DNA of 64,000 nt from a bacterium (GTDB taxonomy: Bacteria; SAR324; NAC60-12), in NCBI GenBank assembly GCA_965205865.1, contig CBDBHR010000024.1:64001-128000 (forward strand). The letters are read 5' to 3'. The notes beneath the pieces were generated by a model, which was not told the origin of the DNA, did not search any database, and was given only the letters and a program-made list of their open reading frames with translations. The stretch's first letter is position 1. Each line of letters opens with the position of its first letter. A program made the translations under genes and the position numbers. Positions 63,041-64,000 of this stretch are shown piece after piece.

Positions 63041-64000
63041 TTATCCAATACAACTGAATTGCATTACCTTCCCATGTGGTTCCTGGATTTTCAGTGCATT
63101 TAACTTTTCGATTGCGCGATGCAGGTGCTTCATCATGATGGGATCCTGCGGATTGGACTGCAAGGTGATATTTCTGATCTCATCTGTTTCTTCGATAGTG
63201 GCAGACAGATGCAGAAGGCGATGAACGAGTCCGACTAAACTCAATGGTTCGCCACCGAGAAAGTTACGAATGAAGTAGGCATAAAGGTGGACCAGACTTG
63301 CTCGAAAGTACATGAGAATCTGATCCAACTCGACATCGACAGCATAATCAGTGTCTTTGCCTTGAAGGCGAAGCCACTCCCGTTGCATCTTCGAGAGCTT
63401 CTTGAATTCTTTTTGGTGGGCTTGTTCAATAGCCTTGATTGCTCTTTCATGACGCCTGATCTCCTGAGCACAACCTTGAAAGTCAGCGCGAATGGCAGGA
63501 GGTACGACCCGTTTCCCCTTGAGCAGTTTCGTTTTTGCGCGAAGCCGTCTCTCTTTCGGAATCAGTTTTACCATGGTCTTTTCATGAACGTGACGCTCTT
63601 CAATCGCAGCTTTGAGTTGCTCGTTGAGAGCGTTTATTTGCTGTGCCAGTTTTTCTTGTTTTTCGCGCTGGCGGGGATTGGCTACCTTTTTTCTGCCATA
63701 TCCCGCAACACGGCTTAGAGAGACCGTCGCCTTCTCATAGCGGTAAGTCAGCTCCTGAGAGGGCCATCGACGAAAATAGGAAAAGACGATCTCGCTCGCA
63801 TCCACGGTGGCCTTAGGAAGGCTGGTCAGCAAAACCGTTTTGCGTCCGTGATCCCACTCGATTATGATCGCGCGCGTGGCGATGAGATAACCCTTTTCTT
63901 GCGAGTCCTCAAGCTCGATCTCGAGATCTCTCAACGTCGCCTTACCGTAGCGATAGCGCATTGGGTAACTGCGACTGCGCACACGACGATCGTTCCATTG
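63041..64000 (-). mobile_element. DDE-type transposase, 5' part beyond window
   Basis: VLLTSL...EIVFSYFRRWPSQELTYR (Y..RW..E motif), coiled-coil insert, codon style break relative to brxC. Confidence 0.75.

Overview
Bacterial (Gram-negative, probably deltaproteobacteria/SAR324-like; lineage is only an inference) chromosomal window with two halves. Bases 1-34.3 kb are mostly intact housekeeping genes: fliN/fliM-like pair, peptide ABC transporter, leuCD, hisC, three tRNAs (Cys-GCA, Leu-TAA, Arg-CCG), htpG, the ffh-rpsP-rimM-trmD-rplS-rnhB-yraN-rpsT cluster, a giant repeat-containing Pal-like lipoprotein with tolQ/tolR, comEC, GST and a DUF1537 kinase/pdxA/RraA/FAH sugar-acid cluster. Bases 34.5-64 kb are an accessory, IS-rich and decaying region: three IS elements with readable inverted repeats and target duplications (IS66-like, IS1595, IS5/ISNCY-like), several IS remnants, a frameshifted ABC operon, HicAB, Uma2, many gene fragments and a type I BREX start (brxA-brxB-brxC) cut by a transposase. 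The most unusual signals are an IS66-like element whose ~1 kb non-coding cargo contains copies of its own insertion site plus tandem promoter/hairpin units, a GIY-YIG nuclease remnant bracketed by perfect 29-bp inverted palindromic repeats with a gene-less counterpart elsewhere in the window, and a ~970-aa Pal with an acidic tandem-repeat spacer. All calls are from motif recognition and manual reading; no searches were run.
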